Shown: piece by piece, positions 1-13,000 of the stretch | Layout: the number at the start of each line of letters is the position of its first letter | Position numbering within the stretch: the first letter of the stretch is position 1 | Notes under the pieces: generated by a model | Told to the model about the DNA's origin: nothing | The model's database searches: none | Seen by the model: only the letters and a program-made list of their open reading frames with translations | Program-made: the position numbers and the translations under genes | Source of the DNA: Camelus dromedarius | Lineage: Eukaryota | Reading direction: 5' to 3' | Assembly (NCBI RefSeq): GCF_036321535.1 | Contig: NC_087436.1 | Location: forward strand, 6,138,001 to 6,202,000 | Length of the DNA stretch: 64,000 bases

Positions 1-208
1 TTTCACCGTGAGTTACCACAAGATCTTGTATACATTTCCCTGTGCTATACAGTATAATCTTGTTTACCTATTCTATATATATCTGTCAGTATCTACAAAT
101 CTCGAACTCCCCGTCTGTTCTTTCCCACCCCCCGCCCCCCCCGGCAACCACAAGTTTGTATTCTATGTCTATGAGTCTGTTTCTGTTTTGTATTTATGTT
201 CATTTGGA
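1..208 (-). mobile_element. LINE-1 3' UTR fragment (young type), runs off window start
   Basis: ccctgtgctatacag...ttgtttacctattctatatat...ggcaaccacaagtttgt...gagtctgtttctgttttgta is the reverse complement of the L1 3' UTR seen on + at 42540-42845 and 59097-59490. Confidence 0.85.
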
Positions 209-1079
209 TGATGTTTGCTCTTACAAGCAGATGGAATCAAAAAGGAAAAGAGGGAAGTGCCTAAAAACTGTAAGTTTACGATCCAGATCCACTTTGCTTC
301 TTGGGACAATTAATCAGAACAGGGGGGTCTTTGAGTTCAGAGTAGTCTGGACGTACGTGAAGCCTTCATCGCCTTCCAGTCATCAGCGTCTGTGTGTGGG
401 AGGAAAACAGGGGGTTTGGATTCTCCCCAAATCGAACCTGACCAGGCTTGATCCCTTCCACAGACAGATATGAACTATGACAGCCACAGAGCTGAAGGAA
501 ATTAAATCCAGTTAGTGGAGGAGAAAGCTCTTCATAAATCCAATAAATAAATTAATGGAAAGAAGAGTGAACGGGCCAAGAGTGAACATGTGTCAGGATT
601 GATTTTTTTTTTAAGCCAAAAAGACATACATTTGTTTGAGGTACCTCTCAAGTGTTTCATCTTAACTGGTGTCAGTTTGTCATGAGGAGAGATTGTTCTT
701 ACGCGAATTATACTCTTAGCCCTGGAAAGGAATTTTGAAGACAAATTTTCTGCTGGGTTGAAAAAACCAAGACTTAGAGACTCAATGAGCAACAGCAGTC
801 TAACCTGTCAGTGAGAACACATTTCAAAGCATCATTTTAAAGAAGCTACATATTAATAAGCAAGCAGTTCTCCAATAAAACGCCTATTGAATGTACAAAT
901 ACCCACTTGCGTTTAAACATTTTTCATAGATTTAGCTTTTCAAACCGTCAAGTAAAAATACAGACAACAGGGAGAAACCAAGCCAAGCAAGAATTATTTT
1001 CAAACACCTGACTCTGTTCCTGCCTCAGTGCCTAGGGCTGAGTTCCTGCAACTCTGGTGGAAAAGACCAGAACCCTGGT

Positions 1080-1227
1080 TTGGACACTCTTGAGTCCTGA
1101 TGCAGAATCAGGCATCACCTGTCTCCAGGCTTCTTGTGATTTGGGAACAAAATTAAAATGCTTTCTATTGAGTATGCTCTGAGAAGTCTTCTCGGGGACT
1201 TGCAACCAAACCCATCCTTAAATGACC
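1080..1227 (+). mobile_element. MaLR (MLT1-like) LTR 3' end
   Basis: ctccaggcttcttgtgatttgggaacaaaattaaa...gacttgcaaccaaacccatccttaaatgac resembles the MLT1 3' terminus; heavily diverged. Confidence 0.5.
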
Positions 1228-1859
1228 TGCCCCCTGCTACAGGGCAGGTTAGCAAGGTGAAACACACACCCTCAACCAGCAGATATTACGTGAGAACGGG
1301 AAATCCAGGTACCAGGTGTAATCAGAAGCCTGGTGGAGACAGCTGTCGGACCCCAGGGCGGTCTGCCAGCAGAGATCCAGGCTTTGGAGTTGTCAGCACA
1401 GCTTGACATCCTCCGGAGGGAGCAGAGAAGGCAGGAGGGAAGAAGCAAGATCTGGGTGGGGTCTCTTCTGGCTCTAGAAGATAATGCAAAACTATTATCA
1501 GAGCTGAACCAAAGGTCAGCGTTGGTCCGTGAGAAACAGTGCTTCCTGCGCGTGGCTGCCGAAGCTCCCCAAAGCCTTCAAGGACCAGGGGATGAGATAC
1601 AACCAGGGAGCTAGGAATTCCAAATCATCTTATAAACTTTGGAAATAATCAGTGACACAGAGCACCAACCCTACTGATCAGAGGTACAAACAACCAGAGA
1701 TGGTGGTATTGGCATCCACCTGGCTTAGACTTGCTAATAGTTTTATCAGTGATCAATCATCCATTGTGTCTGTTAGACAAAAGTCATCGTGTTGAATTTC
1801 TGCCCTGTTTGTGTTGTCTACGGGGTGGGTGGGAGACTTGAAGCTGGCATGTGGTGCCG

Positions 1860-2074
1860 TCAGGCCCACCAAGGTCACAGAGTGAGATGGCTGAGGCTCT
1901 GCAGTGAGGGCGAGGGGTGAGGATTTTCCCTTAAGTGTGACTGGCAGCTTTGGCAGGGCTTTACTTTTTTAGTGAGTAAAATAATCAAATTTACATTTTC
2001 ATAAAGACCACATGACTGCTGAGTGGAGAGGGAATTGGGAGCCGGGGCGGGGGGGTGAGAGTAGAAGCAGGAGC
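1860..2074 (-). mobile_element. L2 fragment
   Basis: aaagaccacatgactgctgagtggagagggaattggga...gagagtagaagcaggag resembles antisense L2. Confidence 0.55.
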
Positions 2075-2712
2075 TTCATTTGTGTCCTTTTTCAGATCCC
2101 ACATATAAGTGATATCATACTCTATTTGTCTTCCTCTGTCTGACTTAACTTTGCTTAGAATGACGATCTCCAGGTCCATCCATGTTGCTGCAAATGGCAT
2201 TATTTTATCCTTTTTATGGCTGAGTAGTATTCCACTGTATAAATACACCACAACTTCATTATCCAGTCATCTGTTGATGGACATTTAGGCTGTTTCCACG
2301 TCTTGGCTATTGTAAATAGTGCTGCTGTGAACATTGGGGTGCAGGTGTCTTTTTGAATTACAGTTTCCTCTGGATATATGCCCAGGAGTGGACTTACTGG
2401 ATCATATGATAAGTCTATTCAGTTTTTTAAGGAATCACAGACTTAGAAAACAAATTTATAGTTACCAGGAGGGAAAGGGGGGAGTGGAGGGATAAATTGG
2501 GAGTTTGGGATTTGCAGATACACATTACTATACATAAAATAGATAAAAAATGAATTTCTTCTGAACAGCACAGGGAACTGTATTCAATATCTTGTAATAG
2601 CCTAAAATGATAATGAATAGGAAAAAGAATATCTATCTATGTGTGTATAAATGAATCACTATGCTGTACACCAGAAATTAACATGACATTATAACTTGAC
2701 TATAGTTCAGTG
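2075..2712 (+). mobile_element. 5'-inverted, truncated LINE-1 (about 2075-2435 antisense, 2432-2712 sense)
   Basis: Antisense L1 (ORF 1991..2251: DKIMPFAATWMDLEIVILS) is joined directly to a sense 3' UTR. The two parts are near-adjacent in the uninterrupted copy at 42135-42865. Confidence 0.85.
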
Positions 2713-4658
2713 TTTTTTTTAAGAATAAATCCATGGGTTCAAATTCAGGAAGCTGGTGGTAGGTGGTGCCTTTACCTGGGGGGCAGAGGGATGCCGGCGC
2801 CCAGCGTGGGGTGGGGAACGACAGAGCCTGCTCAGCTTTGTCTGGGATTATCCTGAGCTGCTGGGTGTTTCCTGTGAGCTGCTTTCAGCCATCAGTGTGG
2901 TGTCCGGGCAGCTGTAAGCCCACGGCCATGCTGCAGATACACGGGAGTCTGGGGTGTCACCATTCTGACGATTCAGAGACTCTGAATCTACAGCTGTTTC
3001 GTTCCTTTCAACGAGCTGATTCCAGCCTCCCTCTGCCCTCTTTCTGTTTTGCATACCTGGTTGCTTACAGTTTATTTTGTTTTGTCCCATAGCTTCTGCT
3101 CCCATTTCTGCCTCATTTCTTCTCTCCATACTGTCTGTCAGCTCATTCTGAAAATCCTTATTTTAATTCTCTGAATGTGAGTTTGATTGATGAGCTTCTG
3201 AATCCCATACAAGAAGTCTGTACTGGATGGAGAACCCATGGAAGGTGCCTTGTGGATAGAGGCCGTGGTTCCAAGACCTAATCTCGTGTTGAGTCACAAG
3301 TTCTCAAGGTTAGTCACGTCAGGTGCTGGAGTGCACAGTCACCCACGGGAAGCCACCGGCTGCTTCCTTCCTCCGAGATGTGAGATGTGTGAGTGCAAAT
3401 CTCTAAGAGCATCAGTGCAATTAAACCTATCATCCAGCTCAGAGAACGCTTCCTTTTGCCCTCTTATTTTCCCAAGTAAAAATCACCTTCCTCTCTCCCT
3501 GCTTTCTCCTCCACACACCCATATCACTTGATTTGTTTTTCATGCAGTAGAGCGCTGTAATGGAACTAACTTACACTCCTTTTCAGCTGATGCCACAAGG
3601 CTGTGAGTTTCCACTTCTTTACTGAGATGCCGGTAGTCAGGCAACAGACTGCATCACACATGTCAGAGAAGCACAGACTCCCCACGGGAAGCACAGCGAG
3701 TCTGGAGCAGCTGGCAGGCCATGTCTGAGATAAAGGGATGAAAAGGTGGTTTGTAGAGGCTGATCGTAGAGGTGTCTACAGGGAGATAATTAAGGCTTGA
3801 GAGAGTAAGAGTGTAGAGATAGAAATGGAAAGACAGGGAAAACACTTGGGAAAATGCCGACCCAAAGGGAAGAAGAGAAGGACACAGCACGTGAGTCACT
3901 GACGAACATTTCCAAGAGGGAAAACCAGAATAGTGAGAGTGTGAGTTTCAGAAAACAGGACAGGATGGTTCTATGCATCCATTTGGCTTCAGAATTTTAT
4001 GGAGAGTTTGGCGGTGCTTTGAATTCAATAATGACTTCTGAGTTTAAGTAGAAAAATGTTTGAGTAGAACCAATGTAAAGTTTTAGAATTCACCAGAGAT
4101 GAGCTTTTCCCCTCCTTTGCATTAAATCATTGTGGGCATCATGGTATAGATATTACCATTTGGGAGCATTTATGTGGATAAAGTGGGCTTTTATTTTTCA
4201 CCTTTAGAAATGCGGCAACGATTGAAATCTTGCCTGAGGCCATGAATTTTTCATAGCAGCCAGGTGTCTGCTCAGCCCAGCACACTAAATCCACGTGCCT
4301 CCACTGTGAGCCAAGCAAGGTGAAGTGGAAATAGTGGACAGCAGTTCGCCCAGCCCCTCATGCGTGCACACGCCACCTCCTGGAGTTGGTTTCTCTTGCA
4401 GGTTATCCATTCATACAGTAAAAACAAAGCAGTGCGCACACACACACAAACACAAATTCACTTTTCATTTACAAGTGGCAAAACCCCTTCTTTCATTTTA
4501 TTATTCTTCGTGCTTGTGTATTAACTACTTTATTTTCTACTTTAAGTTCTTTATTCTGTATGGTTGAGAGTATCATGCAATTACATAATTGGTGTACTTT
4601 CGATTTTAAATGGCAACATAATGACACACAATTTTATTTTATATATATACTATGGGAT

Positions 4659-4688
4659 ACACACACACACACACACACATACACACAC
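4659..4688. repeat. (CA)n microsatellite
   Basis: Direct reading; one interruption. Confidence 0.95.
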
Positions 4689-5161
4689 CCCTACAAGAAA
4701 ATCTCAATTTTGGCCAGATGATATACCCTTTATTCCTAATTTTGTTCTATTATTTATATTAAAGTTACTAATATCTTTGTGAATATACTTCAGTTACTTT
4801 CTTGGGTACTGACTGTCTCTGATATAGTGTAACATGTTATAAGGTGTGAAAATTTTGTATGACTCCTCTAAGTACTGTTATACGCCCCTACCCTCAAACA
4901 GTCTGCCAAATTACACTTTCCACTGCTGCTATTTTAATAACTTGCAATATAACTTCTATTTTCAACAATTTTTGCAGTTATAGTGAGTAATCCAGCCAAT
5001 TTACTCCTTGAGATTAACCTTAAGGTAAGATTGGTGTTTTACCTAAATATTGGAAATCTTAAAACATTGGCTACCCATAAATATTTAGTTCAGCCCAATA
5101 ATCAGAACACTAATTAGATGTAGATTAAGTAGATTTGAACAGAAAAAGAAGTGTAATGTGA

Positions 5162-5179
5162 GTCACTAGAGGGCGGCAA
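5162..5179 (+). promoter_or_regulatory. CTCF-like binding motif
   Basis: gtCACTAGAGGGCGGCaa matches the CTCF core CCASYAGRKGGCRS except at the first base. Confidence 0.55.
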
Positions 5180-5217
5180 AGATTGGAAAAAAGATGTGAA
5201 TTCAAATGCTGATTCTT

Positions 5218-5307
5218 TTTTTTTTTTTTTTAATGGAGTCACTGGGGATTGAACCCATGACCTCGTGTACTACCACTGAGCTACACCCCCCACCCCCTGA
5301 CAACAAC
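5218..5307 (-). mobile_element. tRNA-derived SINE (Vic-1-like), internally deleted
   Basis: Poly-T, B-box complement ggggattgaaccc, A-box complement accactgagcta, and a perfect 15-bp TSD caaatgctgattctt (5203-5217 / 5308-5322). Confidence 0.9.
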
Positions 5308-6429
5308 CAAATGCTGATTCTTGGGAACTGCAAGTTCTAGGGACACCAGGGTACACAAAGGACCAGTGCTTTTCCCAGATGTTCCTGTGATTCCTACAGC
5401 CTTGGCTCTTACATCATATCTTGGAATACAAAGTTGTACCATCTTGTCATCTCTTGGAGAGTTGACTCCTGCTTTCATTTGGTTTTCAGTGAACAATGGG
5501 TTCTTAGGCATTCTCAAGAAATAGAAAGACACATTTTTATTGGGTTACTTTCCAATGATTATGGTAGTTCCAGTTTTTTTTTTTTTTTAAAGAAATTGTT
5601 GTGAAATAAGTCAACTGAGATTTTCTGTGGGATTTCTGCTTTTTCAGAGAGACCAGATGTTTCCTGATAATTTTTGTTTCCCTATCCAGAGCAGTATAAA
5701 TGAAACAGATTTATCCCTCTTTAAATATGAAGTTATTTTCTGGGACTTTAAGAAACATGCAAATGTTTATAAAGACCAAAATATTACACAATTTATAATT
5801 TCAGTACCCATTACTACTAATAGAAAATATTTTAAATATTTTTAATAAGTTAATAAGAAAGTCTAATAATAATTTACCTCTTCCTTTTTGAATTCTCAAT
5901 TTGTTGTATAAACATATTCAGAAATTTATTAAATGAGCATCAACAAATTAATGTTGGAAGGAAATTTTAAACTTATTACAAATTTTGCTTGTGTGAGATA
6001 TACCCTACTCTTATTTCACATTTCAAAATTCATATTAAAATGTGCTGGGCATCCTAATTCTTTTGCATTATCTCAGTGTTTATTCTAGTGGGTTTTAAGA
6101 TCCCAGAAAACATCCAGTTTCATGGAGGTTTCTTTGCAAATTAAATACACAAAGTAACAGAACACTAGAGTTGTCAATTAACAAAATAAAATTGTGTTTG
6201 TTTTATTACATCACCCTTCTGATATTAATCTTGACTGTGTTATGTTGACTTTGCTTAGTGCCTATTGAAGATCTTGGCAATCTTGTAGTTTCTTTCCTTG
6301 GAACTTAGAAATTAAAGGAGTAACAAAGGATACTTATCAAACAAGTAAATGTGTTTGGGGCTGGTCCATTTGGAAATGGAGGAACACAGAAAGATTTAAA
6401 AATAAAGACCCCTGGCTATCATTACAGAC

Positions 6430-6960
6430 TCCCTATTTATCTGCTGCTAATGTCTCCTAGATCTATTTTCCAGCCCATATTCCTCCCTGTAACCATGGCG
6501 GCTGCAGGTTTCCACTAGGGTGCAAGTACACGGAAGTACCTGCAGGTCCATGTGTTCAAAGCTGAACTCACCCAACCGCATCTAAACCTGCTCTTCCTCT
6601 TTACTTCCCATCCTGGTGGCGTGCTCCGTCTCCTTGTCCAAGATGAGTAACTGCCTGTGTCCCCTCCCTCACCACCTCACGTAGCCAGCCACCCAGCTCT
6701 GCTATTTTTATCTTGTAAATATTTCCTGACTCTTTCCTTGTAAAAGACGTGGTATGTCACCTACAGTAACCCCTCTCAAAAACATTATCTACATTGTTCT
6801 CAGAACGCTGAGAGACAGCATTATTTCACTCCACTGCCTAAAAACCTACAAAAGTCTCCCTGAACCTACAGAATACAGTCCAAATGCCCTAATACAGCAT
6901 ACACAATTACCATTGCTTTTGCATTTAAAGTTTATCCGTGATAAATATTTGTTGAACCAA
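6430..6960 (+). mobile_element. L2 3' region
   Basis: ttcaaagctgaactc...aaacctgctcttcct...aatacagtccaaatgcct...ataaatatttgttgaa are typical L2 3' motifs. Confidence 0.65.
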
Positions 6961-7065
6961 GAAGAACTCAATGCCCAGTGTTCTTACGTTGAGACAGAGT
7001 ACTGACACAAAACCAGAATTATAACGGGAGTTATACCAAAGGATTTAAAGTGAGGAAAGTCAGTT

Positions 7066-7596
7066 TGTTACTGAGTCCACATCATTCTGCTCACCACATG
7101 ACAGGCCAATAAAATCGGGAGATGAGGTGTTGGGACAAGGAATAATGACTTTATTTGGAAAGTGGGCAGACCAAGACGATGGCAGACTAATGTCCTGGAG
7201 AACCATCTTCCCCAAGTCAGAATTCAGGCTCCTTTTATACTAAAAAGAGGGGGGATGTGGTCACTTGTTGCAAACTTCTTGGTGTTGGAATCCTTTGTTC
7301 TTGCAGCTGTCCACGAGGGTCAGCTCATGATGTCCCTGTAAACCTCCAACAGGACAAATGTTCTTTTCTGTTCTGAAACTATTTATCTCTTTATGAATGG
7401 AAAAGTGTTGCACCCTTAAAGGTCAGAGCCTTGAGGATGGGCTCTCCTGTCTATTTCAGGCTCCAGGCAACATTCTTTTACAAAAAGTGCAGAACTTGCA
7501 TGACTGAGCCCAGGAAACAGCCCAGGAAACAGAGCCCAGGTTTAGATCTAAAGGAACAGATCTCATGTGGAGTCAGATTTCTTCTTCCCTGTTACA
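7066..7596 (-). mobile_element. Solo LTR, ERV1-like
   Basis: TGTTA...GTTACA termini, 4-bp TSD agtt (7062-7065 / 7597-7600), antisense AATAAA and TATAAAA; homologous to 22392-22904. Confidence 0.9.
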
Positions 7597-9104
7597 AGTT
7601 CAATATATTTCTTAGCATTGGAGGAAAACCTAGTGAAAACCAAGCAGCACAAGCAGTGATGATGACACAAATTGATGAGGTAAATATTGCCCAAATTTTT
7701 GCCAGAGAAGCATAGAATGGTATTGGAGTTTGAGATTTAAATCCAACAATATAGCCCAAACACAGTACTTCTGTCTCTTAACTACATTCCTTTTTCCTCA
7801 CATTTCCCTTGCAAAAAAAAACAATCATCAGGTCTGGAAAAAGACTAATTCCTTGTGACTTTTGTAAGCAAAGAACGGTCCAGGCTGGGCATTTCCTCCG
7901 AAGACAAGATGGAAACCAAAACAAAGAGGCTTCCATCTTCTGTTTGCTCTTGGTAAACCAGCAGTCCTAGGAAAGATCTGTCATTTGTTCATTCATCTCC
8001 TCTTGTGTCCAGGCACCCACAGAAAGTGTTTACAGAGCAAAACAGCTCGTTTCTTTCTCCAGAAAATCGAGCCTTTGCAACTGAGATTAATTAAAGCAGC
8101 GTAAATGTGGAAGAGGGAGTTGCTTGTTAGTCAAGAACGAGGCAAAGCCAAAGAAGCCAATATTTCACTAAATCTTAAAAATGATAAAGGTGCTTATCTC
8201 AGTGGATCCTGGACTCCTGCATACATTTTTTTTCCTGCTTGCCTTGATTTTCAGTTTATATCAAAGTGCATTTATAATGATAGAATAGCCTTCAGTTAGT
8301 ACAAGTATAAAAAATATTTCCTTTCTGAAATTTTAAACATTTAAAATATTTAATGATGCAAGTTTATTTCTCTTTCAGTTTGGTCATTTGGTGTTATATG
8401 TGTCTATCTGATCCCTGATACATACAAAAAGTCACTAATTTTGAGTAAACTACATAATTCTAAAAGACACTAACATGAATTGGTAAATAATATTAAAATG
8501 ATTCAGTGTCAAAAAATTCCTATACTAGGTATAGAACAGGATGAAGAAAATATATGATAAAAGTACTGGGTTTCAATAACTGAAATTGTAGCTAGTATAC
8601 AAATAAATAAACACACAAAACGTTACATAACACTACAAAACACTGATGTATATGAACCACTGTGATAGAAATTTTTTCATATTGAAAATTATTACCAAAA
8701 TCTTGAGTTCAGACCATGTCATATACCAATTTTGCCTCTCTTTGACATTTAATTTATTCATTCAATACAATGAGAAATAATCTCATTACCTGATTATGCC
8801 CCTGTCCATTGAAAATGCTATAATTTGCCTTGTCTCCCATGGAGCATGGGCTGAATGCACTCACTTTTCTTAATAAGTAGGCACCTAATTATAAAGTAGT
8901 CATATGAAGAATTTTTACAGATTGATAGTTTATCCATTTTTATCAGTAAAGCTCACAATGAAAGCACTTGAGTTCATGTCAGAAGACTTTTGAGAAAGTT
9001 TGAGGAAATCAGGTTTGCTGTAGATGAGATGTGGACAGGAAGCAGAAATAATTTTAAGACTTCACTTTTTCTGAGCTACAACTATGATCATTTATACAGG
9101 ACAT

Positions 9105-9305
9105 CTTTTTTTAAAATTTTTTATTGAGGTGTATTTGATTACGGTGTTAGTTTCAGGTGTACAACAATGCCATTCAGTTATACATATACATGCATGTATA
9201 TATTTCCTTTCCAGATTCTTTCCTTTTATAGGTTATAACAAGAAATTGAATGTAGTTCTCTGTGCTATACAGTAGGTCCCTGTTGTTTACCTATTTTATA
9301 TATAG

Positions 9306-9310
<5 letters not shown>
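9105..9310 (-). mobile_element. LINE-1 3' end fragment
   Basis: T-rich tail then tttcaggtgtacaacaatg...ctgtgctatacagtagg...ctattttatatatagtagt. Confidence 0.85.

Positions 9311-9339
<29 letters not shown>
9308..9339. repeat. (GT)n microsatellite
   Basis: Direct reading. Confidence 0.95.
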
Positions 9340-9341
<2 letters not shown>

Positions 9342-9499
9342 CTTATCCAGGAGGAGAGAAGACCAGACTGAAACTTAATCTGTGAGTGGAAAATGGCAGG
9401 AGCTGATCTTAGCCAAGATGAGGGAGTGACTTGGTGTTTTGTATTTTGGGACAGTGTTTATGTTTTGTCTCTACTCAGACCTGATTAAGAGGGATCTTG

Positions 9500-9600
9500 T
9501 TTTATTTTTTTTTTCCCCATTTTGACAGAGGTACTGGGGATTGAACCCAGGACCTCCTGCATGCTAAGCATGTACTCTACCACTGAGCTATACCCTCCAC
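9500..9600 (-). mobile_element. tRNA-derived SINE (Vic-1-like)
   Basis: gaggtactggggattgaacccaggacctcctgcatgctaagcatgtactctaccactgagctataccc with a T-rich tail. Confidence 0.9.
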
Positions 9601-10199
9601 TGACTCTAATCTTGGAGAATCTCCAGAATCCTGGAGAAAGCAGTCTGTAGTCCAACTAGGATTTGTAACCTGCTCTTTCTGTGGCCAGATGAGTTGTTGA
9701 GACTCTAATGTGACGTTAGGAACATTTGAAGTGCAGAATAGAATACTTCTTCCAAAAGCATCAGAGCAATTATCAGATACAAAAGAATCACTAATCCTTG
9801 ACACAAATCTTGAAGCCAGTTCTAGGTACATATGAAACCCAGGCAATGATTGCAAAATCCGCTGATGTTTGTTTTCGAAAGTCAGATAACTTTTTTTTTC
9901 TTAGCTTATTTTGGTTGGTGGTTTTGTCTTATACTATAGGTCCAGTGGGAAGTTTTTTTTCTGTACAGTACATCTCGGTTAGTTGAGAGGACAGAGAGGA
10001 AGATGCAAATTGTCCCTAACTTTTGCTAATGAATTTAGATTAGGCTGTTTGGGGCATTCGGAGTAGAAGTTGTATAATTTATGGTTTTGCTAGAGTCAAG
10101 GTGAAGTTTGCACCATTTTGCCAGTTGTACTGTCTCAACTGTGAAAATCTGCGTTCCCAAAATATGTGTGAAGGAGTCAGTTATCTCTTCTGAAAATGT

Positions 10200-10720
10200 G
10201 TCACAGATGTACCTTCTTTTGGAAGTTTACGGGCAACCTTTTCCCAGAGAAATGTGATTCAATGGAGGGATGGTGGTTTTAAAAATCTCAGTCTCTAACA
10301 ACAGTCCTGATACAGCATGTAAGCCAGTGTACGGCAGGCAGAAGGAAGTCGCGGGGAGAGAGCTGATGCAGCGAGAGGAGAGACAGGGACCCACAGCAAC
10401 ACCAGCCCTGAGCGCCAGGTAAGGAGGAAGGGACGGCAGAGCAGGCAGAGGAGAGTTCCTGGTGAGGCAGGTCGAGGAACAGCTGGAGAAGGTGGCATCA
10501 GAGAAGCCCCAAGAGGGGAGATTTCCAGGGAGGGGGGATTGGGTGACGTCCCAATGCTGCTGAGCATCAAAAGGAAGATGGAGAAATGGCCCTTGACTGG
10601 GTTCTGCAGGAGAGAGGACACTGGTTACCTTGGCAAGAAACATTCCCAGGGCTGGTGGGCACAGAAGCCACTCTTGAGTGAAATAGGGATTGAAATGATA
10701 AGCAGCTAGAAAGTATAATT
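10200..10720 (-). mobile_element. L2 fragment
   Basis: cccaatgctgctgagcatcaaaaggaagatggagaaatggccctt...ctggttaccttggcaagaaacattcc resembles antisense L2. Confidence 0.6.
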
Positions 10721-10739
10721 TTTAAAAATTCCAGGTAGC

Positions 10740-13000
10740 ATCAAATTGTGACTGAGTCTAACCAGAAACCTGCAAAATCTCTATTAGTAAAACACTAAAT
10801 AAAACCAAGTTATAAAGGAGAAACTAACTCATAAGGGAGAAATTAAACAAGTTGAATTCCCTATTGTATCTGTTCTTTGATGAAATGACTCATTGTCAGT
10901 ACAACTATTTCCCCTAAGATAATTTATCTATTTAACGTGATCCTGACAAATTTACTCAAGAATTTTTTGTGGAACTTACCACATGGGATTCTGAACTCTA
11001 TACAGAAAACAAAACAAAACAACAAAACCACAACAAAAACACAACAATGTCCAAGAAAATCTGAAGCAGAAGATCAAATGAGCTAGAGTGGCCATGAGAT
11101 CGTATAAAATGTTGTAAAACAGCAAAAAAAAAAAACATATTGGTACTGGCCACAAACAGTCAATGTAACAAAGAACCAGACATGGTCCTAAATGCATATG
11201 GACGGCTGATCGCTCGTGAAAGCGGCATCGTAAATCAGCAGGGGGAGGGAGCAGGGTGGGTCTGGATGAGGCGATGGTGGGGTCCCGGGAGAACATCTGG
11301 AGAAAATAAATGAAGCAGACTCCCTCTCCCAACCCTCCTACTAAATAAGTTTCAGTAAGATCGGTGTTTTCAAAGTTAAAAAAAAAAAAATCATAGATGT
11401 GAAAGGAAAACATTGGAAAATTCTCTTACAGTCATTCAAATGTCTTTTGAAGCACAGTGGAAAATCTTTGTAAGCATGATGCAGAATCAATTAAAGGAAA
11501 TATTGATAAATGGGAGTTCATCAAAATTAAAAAGTTTTCCATGGCAGCAAAAATAAAAAGCAACAAATTGCAGATTTAATGGCTCAGGTATTTTAGTAAC
11601 AAATATCTAATAAGAGGCATCCTCATGTTCATTGCAGTGTTATTTACAATAGACAAGTTAGAGAAGCAACATAGGTGTCCACGGATGGATGGATGGATAA
11701 AGAAGATGTGATATGTATATATATGTAATGGAATATTATTCAGCCATGAAAACTAAGGAAATCTCTCTATTTGTGACAACATGAAGACCTTAAGGGCATT
11801 ACTGTAAGTGACATAAGTCAGAGAAAGACAAATATCATATGGTCTCAATTATATGTGAAATCTAAAAAAATTTTTAAATACAGAGAAATGTTAGTAGTTG
11901 CCAGAGGTGGGGAGTCGGGGCTGGGTGAAATAGGTGAAGGGAGTCAAAATATACAAACTCCTAGCTACAAAATAAGTAAGTCACAGGGATGTAAGGTACA
12001 GAATGGTGACTGTAGTTAATAACACTGGGTCATATATTTGAAAGTTGTGGAGAGAGTGGACCTTAACAGTTCTAGTCACAAGAAAAAATGCTTTGTAACT
12101 GTGTAGGGTGACGGAGTTAGAGGAAAGAAATACAAAGCCTGTTCAATTTTGAAGCTCTGATCACGCTCAATCATAACAAAATGAGTGTAAATTGTAATTT
12201 ACATTCTGACTGCGTAACTGAAACTTCATGTGTGTTGAGCAATAACTCCCATGTGCCTAGAGGTAACAACACAACGCTGCGCACTTTAAATTTTGTTAAG
12301 AGGGTAGATCTGATGCTAAGTGTCATTACGACACACACAAAGGGATACAAGGAGGTTTGGGGAGGGGTGAGACATGTTTGTTTCCTTGATTGTGATGACA
12401 GTTTCATGCACGTTTGCATATGGCCAGACTCACTGAAATATACACAGTAAACAGGTACAGTCATTTGTGGATCAATTATCCCTCAATAAAGCTGTTTTTA
12501 AAAATTACCTTTGGATACCAAGTTTTCAGTTAATGCTTTTGGTGAAAAGCAAAATTTTGTTAATGCACCGTATTAGCAAGAGCATAGCATTCACGCCCTT
12601 GTGTTAGTATCATCACAAGTCGGTACAACCCTCTGGAAGACAATTTCACAACAACTATCAAAATTGTAAATAAACATATCCTCAGATTTGACAATTCCAT
12701 TTTTAAAGGTTTACTCTATAAACACATGCTGTAAAGATGTAACGACAAAATTTTCAGAGTGGCGTCTATGGGACAGCAAGCCACAAAGGTCTTGAAAATA
12801 GTGAGGCACACTTATGTGACTTCCATGAGAGACCTCAGTGATCAAACGTTAAGCAGAAAAATATCACTTCAAGAAAGAGAGACCTAAGTATTGGAGATCA
12901 CTTTAAACTGACATTTTGTACAGCTGGAATTTTGTACCACATCATGTATTGCCTTCTCAAAAAAAATTATATTAAAAAAGTGAAGGGGGGAATGAAATTG
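10740..13000 (+). mobile_element. Composite of old L1M ORF2/3' UTR with nested L1MA/MB-type 3' ends (about 11615-12120 and 12255-12500)
   Basis: ORF2-like text (ttggtactggccacaaacag; catcaaaattaaaaagttttccatggca); L1MA-type tail catgttcattgcagtg...gttaataacactg; second tail agggtagatctgatgctaagtg...tcaattatccctcaataaagctg. Confidence 0.75.

Noticed and set aside
9525..9600. tRNA gene (also at 5.2, 16.5, 21.4 and 33.8 kb)
   Set aside because: A and B boxes are present, but poly(A) tails, TSDs and dispersed diverged copies identify these as SINEs.
9689..9825. Candidate coding exon (acceptor-like ccag ... ag/gtacat)
   Set aside because: All three frames hit a stop soon after the acceptor, and the peptide is not recognisable.
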